Origin: a virus
Taxonomy: Duplodnaviria; Heunggongvirae; Uroviricota; Caudoviricetes
Virus record (IMG/VR): IMGVR_UViG_2909314774_000001
Reading direction: 5' to 3' (one strand)
DNA: 64,000 bases
Each line of letters opens with the position of its first letter. Position 1 is the first letter of the stretch. The notes beneath the pieces were generated by a model. The model made no database searches. It saw nothing but the letters and a program-made list of their open reading frames with translations, and was not told the origin of the DNA. The translations under genes and the position numbers were made by a program. Positions 59,980 through 64,000 of the stretch are shown here, piece after piece.

Positions 59980-62295
59980 ATGATAAGCATCGTAAAACGT
60001 AACGGCCAAACAGAGCCGTTATCCGAAGAAAAATACAACCGCGTCGTAATGTATGGCGTAGAAGGCATTCGTGGTGTAAGCGCATCCGCTGTAGCAATGG
60101 GAGCTGCGGCCAGCATTTTTGATGGGATTACCACCAGCCAGTTGCATGAGGCTTTGGTTAAATCTGCCGCTGATTTGATCTCACCAGAAGCACCAAATTA
60201 CTCACAGGTGGCTGCCCGCCTGAACATTTTTAAAATCCGCAAAGATGCCTTCGGTCGTTACGACTATCCGAACTTCTACCAACACATTGTCAAGAACGTT
60301 AACAAGGGCGTTTATGACAAGGATTTGCTGACACATTATTCGTTTGAAGAGATCGAAGAACTCGGCAATTACATTAAGCCGAAACGTGACGATCTTTTTG
60401 GCTATGCAGCTACGGTGCAGTTGCAAAGCAAATACCTCGTTCAAAACCGTGTTACTGGTGAGATTCATGAGGGGCCGCAACATATCTATATGCTGGTAGG
60501 CATGTGTCTGTTCCAGAATTGGGAAGACGACTGCGCTGGCAAAACACGTATGGAGATGGTCAAAGGTTTCTATGACGTTACAAGTACGTTCAAACTGTCT
60601 CTGCCCACACCAATCATGGCCGGCGTCCGTACTCCAACCCGTCAGTTCTCCAGTTGTGTGCTGATTGAGTCTGGCGATAGTCTGAAAGGGATTAGTGCAG
60701 CTTCAGCCGCAATTATCGACTACGTTTCACGTCGTGCTGGAATTGGTATTGGTTTTGGCCGTATCCGTGCGCTGGGCAGCGAGATCCGCAATGGTGAAGC
60801 CACCCATACCGGAGTTATTCCATTCCTGAAGCATTTCCAGACTGCTGTTAAATCTTGCTCGCAAGGTGGTGTCCGTGGTGGCGCAGCAACAGCGTTTTAC
60901 CCGATCTGGCATCTTGAAGTTGAAAGTCTGCTGGTGGTGAAAAATAACCGTGGTATCGATGAAAACCGCGTTCGCCATCTTGATTACGGCGTCATGAGTA
61001 ACCGTCTGATGTACCGTCGACTCGTCAGAAGCGAGAACATCACTCTGTTCAGCCCGCATGATGTGCCTGATATGTACGAAGCCTTCTTCACAGATCAGGA
61101 TCTGTTTGAAAAGCTGTACCATAAATACGAAGCCGATGATTCAATTCGCAAGAAGTCAGTACCTGCCATTGAGCTGTTCTCATCTCTGATGCAGGAACGA
61201 GCGTCCACGGGCCGAATTTATATTGCGAACGTCGATCATATTAACGAGCATGGCGCTTTCATTCCTGCTCTTGCACCTGTTCGCCAGTCAAACCTGTGCA
61301 TGGAGATCACTCTACCCACCCGTCCACTGGCATTTACCGACGACCCGAACGGTGAGATCGCGCTATGCACTTTATCCGCTTTTAACCTCGGAGCCATCCG
61401 TTCACTGGAGTCTCTTAAAGAGGTGGCGTTCTATGCCGTTGCTGCACTGGATTCGTTACTGGATTATCAAGACTATCCGATGGAGGCAGCCGAAGTGCCT
61501 GCCAAAGCTCGTCGTAGCTTGGGAATTGGTGTAACCAACTTTGCTTATTACCTGGCAAAGAATGGCGTTCGTTATTCTGATACCGCTGGCAATAAACTGG
61601 TGCATGAAACGTTCGAAGCTATCCAGTATTACCTTCTTGATGCCAGCTGCCGACTTGCTGAAGCAAAAGGTGAGTGTGACTGGTTTGAGCAGACCAAGTA
61701 CGCAATTGGTCAGTTGCCGATCGACCATTACCGTTCTTCATTAGACGAAAGTGGCGAAACCAACTTTGAGTTAAAGATGCCGTGGGAAGAACTGCGTGAA
61801 CGTATTGCAAAATACGGCCTTCGCAACTCCACACTGACGGCACAAATGCCATGCGAGACTTCCAGCCAGATCACTAATTCCACCAACGGCATCGAACCGC
61901 CTCGTGGCCCGGTGTCGGTGAAATCTTCTAAGGACGGCATCGTTAAGATGGTCGTGCCTGAGTTTGAAAAACTGAAGGAACAGTATGAATACCTGTGGGA
62001 TATGCCGGACAACCGCGGCTATCTGACAAAGGTGGCGATCATCCAGAAGTTCTTTGACCAGGCTATTTCAGCCAATACCAACTATGACCCTTCTCGCTTT
62101 GAAGGCGATAAAGTCCCAATGATGACGCTACTGTCAGATTTGCTTCTCGCCTACAAGATGGGAGTTAAAACGCTTTACTACCACAACACCAGAGATGGGG
62201 CAGGAAAGCGTGATGACGACGAACCGCAGAATCCACTGACGCAAGCTGTAGCCGTCGAGCCAGAAGATGAGTGCGACGGGGCCTGCAAAATCTGA
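59980..62295 (+). CDS. nrdA: ribonucleotide reductase large subunit (class Ia NrdA-like)
   Basis: N-terminal ATP-cone-like VKRNGQTEP...E.Y, catalytic Cys/Asn/Glu region (SNLCMEI, PCETSS) and C-terminal Cys pair (ECDGAC); 771 aa. Confidence 0.85.
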   Translation: MISIVKRNGQTEPLSEEKYNRVVMYGVEGIRGVSASAVAMGAAASIFDGITTSQLHEALVKSAADLISPEAPNYSQVAARLNIFKIRKDAFGRYDYPNFYQHIVKNVNKGVYDKDLLTHYSFEEIEELGNYIKPKRDDLFGYAATVQLQSKYLVQNRVTGEIHEGPQHIYMLVGMCLFQNWEDDCAGKTRMEMVKGFYDVTSTFKLSLPTPIMAGVRTPTRQFSSCVLIESGDSLKGISAASAAIIDYVSRRAGIGIGFGRIRALGSEIRNGEATHTGVIPFLKHFQTAVKSCSQGGVRGGAATAFYPIWHLEVESLLVVKNNRGIDENRVRHLDYGVMSNRLMYRRLVRSENITLFSPHDVPDMYEAFFTDQDLFEKLYHKYEADDSIRKKSVPAIELFSSLMQERASTGRIYIANVDHINEHGAFIPALAPVRQSNLCMEITLPTRPLAFTDDPNGEIALCTLSAFNLGAIRSLESLKEVAFYAVAALDSLLDYQDYPMEAAEVPAKARRSLGIGVTNFAYYLAKNGVRYSDTAGNKLVHETFEAIQYYLLDASCRLAEAKGECDWFEQTKYAIGQLPIDHYRSSLDESGETNFELKMPWEELRERIAKYGLRNSTLTAQMPCETSSQITNSTNGIEPPRGPVSVKSSKDGIVKMVVPEFEKLKEQYEYLWDMPDNRGYLTKVAIIQKFFDQAISANTNYDPSRFEGDKVPMMTLLSDLLLAYKMGVKTLYYHNTRDGAGKRDDDEPQNPLTQAVAVEPEDECDGACKI

Positions 62296-62400
62296 CATAT
62301 GGTGGGGTATAACCCCACCTTCTCTTTGATTTGTAAGCCTTGTTTAAACAAATAAGATAACAACTTGTTTAAACACATCAAAAAGCAAAAGGAAAAACAC

Positions 62401-63543
62401 ATGTCATATTCAACGTTCCGTTTGGGTGCTAATGATGCAACCAAAGAGCCTATGTTCCTCGGACAATCTGTCAACGTGGCACGTTACGATCAGCAAAAAT
62501 ACCGTGATTTTGAAAAGTTGATTGAACGTCAATTGTCTTTCTTCTGGCGGCCGGAAGAAGTTGATATTTCGAGCGATCGTATCGACTTCAACACGAAGCT
62601 GCGGGACCACGAACGTCACATTTTTCTGAGCAATCTCCGTTATCAAACGTTACTCGATTCAGTTCAGGGACGTAGCCCAAATGCAACGCTGCTGCCGCTT
62701 ATCTCTATTCCTGAACTGGAAACGTGGGTTGAAACATGGTCTTTCTCTGAGACTATCCATAGCCGCAGCTACACCCACATTATTCGTGGCATGGTGGACG
62801 ATCCGAGCATTGTTTTTGACGGTATTGTTACGGATGAAGAAATCATCAACCGAGCGATCAGTATCTCTGCTGAATATGACAGGCTTTATGGGATGACCTG
62901 CGAGCGCCAGTCGTTAGGTGAGAAGGAGTTTGAACGTCTGTACGTAAATGAATATGGCTGGGAGCCATACCCTTTGCACCGTCAGCTTTTCCGCACGTTG
63001 GTGTCCATTAATGCGCTTGAGGCGATCCGTTTCTATGTAAGTTTTGCATGTACGTTTGCCTTTGGCGAACGGAAGTTGCTTGAGGGTAACACCAAAATTA
63101 TGCGCTTTATTGCCCGTGATGAAGCTCTGCATTGCGAAGGAACTGAACGCATGATCCGCTTCATGCGTACCGGTCGCGAAGGTTTATTGTGGAAAGAGAT
63201 TGCTGCTGATGAAGAAAACGTCATTTACGACACCATGAAATCAGTAGCCGAACAAGAAATGAACTGGGCAGACTATCTCTTCAAAGACGGTTCGATGATT
63301 GGTTTAAACGCGGACATTCTCAAAACCTATGTAAAATACCGCACCAATCTGGCTATGAATCGTCTTGGCCTGAAGGCTTTATTTCCAGAAGTTACCACTG
63401 ATCCGCTGGTCTGGATGAACAAGTGGTTGTTAACCGACACACTGCAAATTGCACCACAAGAGGCAGAGCAAAGTACATATCTGGTAGGTCAGATCGATTC
63501 TACCGTGGATAAGGCTTCTCTAAGCCAGTTTGCTGACCTGTAA
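62401..63543 (+). CDS. nrdB: ribonucleotide reductase small subunit (NrdB-like, di-iron tyrosyl radical)
   Basis: Iron-ligand and radical-site motifs ([22 protein letters not shown]), C-terminal tail for R1 binding; start at ATG 62401 with AAAGGAAAAACACATG context. Confidence 0.85.
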   Translation: MSYSTFRLGANDATKEPMFLGQSVNVARYDQQKYRDFEKLIERQLSFFWRPEEVDISSDRIDFNTKLRDHERHIFLSNLRYQTLLDSVQGRSPNATLLPLISIPELETWVETWSFSETIHSRSYTHIIRGMVDDPSIVFDGIVTDEEIINRAISISAEYDRLYGMTCERQSLGEKEFERLYVNEYGWEPYPLHRQLFRTLVSINALEAIRFYVSFACTFAFGERKLLEGNTKIMRFIARDEALHCEGTERMIRFMRTGREGLLWKEIAADEENVIYDTMKSVAEQEMNWADYLFKDGSMIGLNADILKTYVKYRTNLAMNRLGLKALFPEVTTDPLVWMNKWLLTDTLQIAPQEAEQSTYLVGQIDSTVDKASLSQFADL

Positions 63544-63620
63544 ACCGATACAAAGCATTATGTGGCCTGGCAACGCTGGGCCACAATGGATCACAAGAAT
63601 TAAGAAGGAACAAAACTAGC

Positions 63621-64000
63621 ATGAACTTTACCAAACTGACTGACCACCTGAAACTTGCCACCGATCGACTCATTGGATTTAAGCCAGAACCATATGAGTT
63701 GCATGAAGGTCATGGTGTAGCTACTGAAAGTATTTACAAGATGGTCGATCAGTTTCATGAACTATTCCAGCATCCGAGACGCGTTATGCCGACACCAGAG
63801 CTGCTTCGTCTCCGTGCAAGCCTGATTCATGAAGAAGCTGTAGTGGAAGGTATTCCAGCCGCAATGAATGGGGATATTGAGCAACTGCTGGATGCAATGG
63901 CCGACTTTTTATACGTTGGTGTTGGTACGATGGTCGCCATCAAAGGTGGTATTTCTACCGGCATGACCTATTACACGCAGGAACAGAGCATTGATCGCTT
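63621..64000 (+). CDS. partial ORF, possibly MazG-like all-alpha NTP pyrophosphohydrolase (runs off window end)
   Basis: ELHEGHGVATESIYK ... LIHEEAVVE ... LLDAMADFLYVG, reminiscent of MazG/dUTPase-type all-alpha NTP-PPases; 3' end truncated by the window. Confidence 0.35.
   Translation, partial: MNFTKLTDHLKLATDRLIGFKPEPYELHEGHGVATESIYKMVDQFHELFQHPRRVMPTPELLRLRASLIHEEAVVEGIPAAMNGDIEQLLDAMADFLYVGVGTMVAIKGGISTGMTYYTQEQSIDR

Overview
This window reads as a segment of a lambda-tailed siphovirus that also carries plasmid-maintenance functions, i.e. a phage-plasmid (SSU5/pHCM2-like by gene content; this is inference, no database search was possible). Layout from left to right: (1) a lambda-type tail-tip module, tape measure then M, L, K, I and J homologues, followed by a lambda Stf-like side tail fibre with a C-terminal S74-type chaperone domain, a glycine-rich protein and a lysis cassette with overlapping Rz/Rz1 spanins; (2) a plasmid-maintenance block with a GNAT/RHH toxin-antitoxin pair and a ParA plus RHH partition pair; (3) a DNA replication and nucleotide metabolism block: helicase, primase, ATP-dependent ligase, a tRNA cluster, glutaredoxin, CobT/CobS-like pair, DnaE-type polymerase, gp32-like SSB, flap endonuclease, RecA-like recombinase, SbcCD, RuvC-like resolvase, NrdAB; (4) an iteron-flanked repA replicon with DnaA boxes. 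The most notable observations are: an IS1 copy with 8-bp target duplication that splits the J central tail-fibre gene in frame; two low-GC cargo genes on their own transcription units that look like candidate defence or exclusion factors (a KAP-type P-loop NTPase at 22226-23932 and a membrane-anchored 420-aa protein at 32482-33744); a perfect 13-7-13 lox-like palindrome just upstream of a tyrosine recombinase, with two 17-bp half-site copies bracketing the tRNA and cargo region; a two-gene operon driven by a consensus sigma70 promoter with a palindromic operator; and a phage-wide intergenic inverted-repeat motif (TAAGTA..TACTTA) with a conserved AAAGGAAAAACACATG initiation region. All functional calls rest on motifs I can read in the translations and on recalled similarity to lambda, T4 and IS1 proteins, not on searches.
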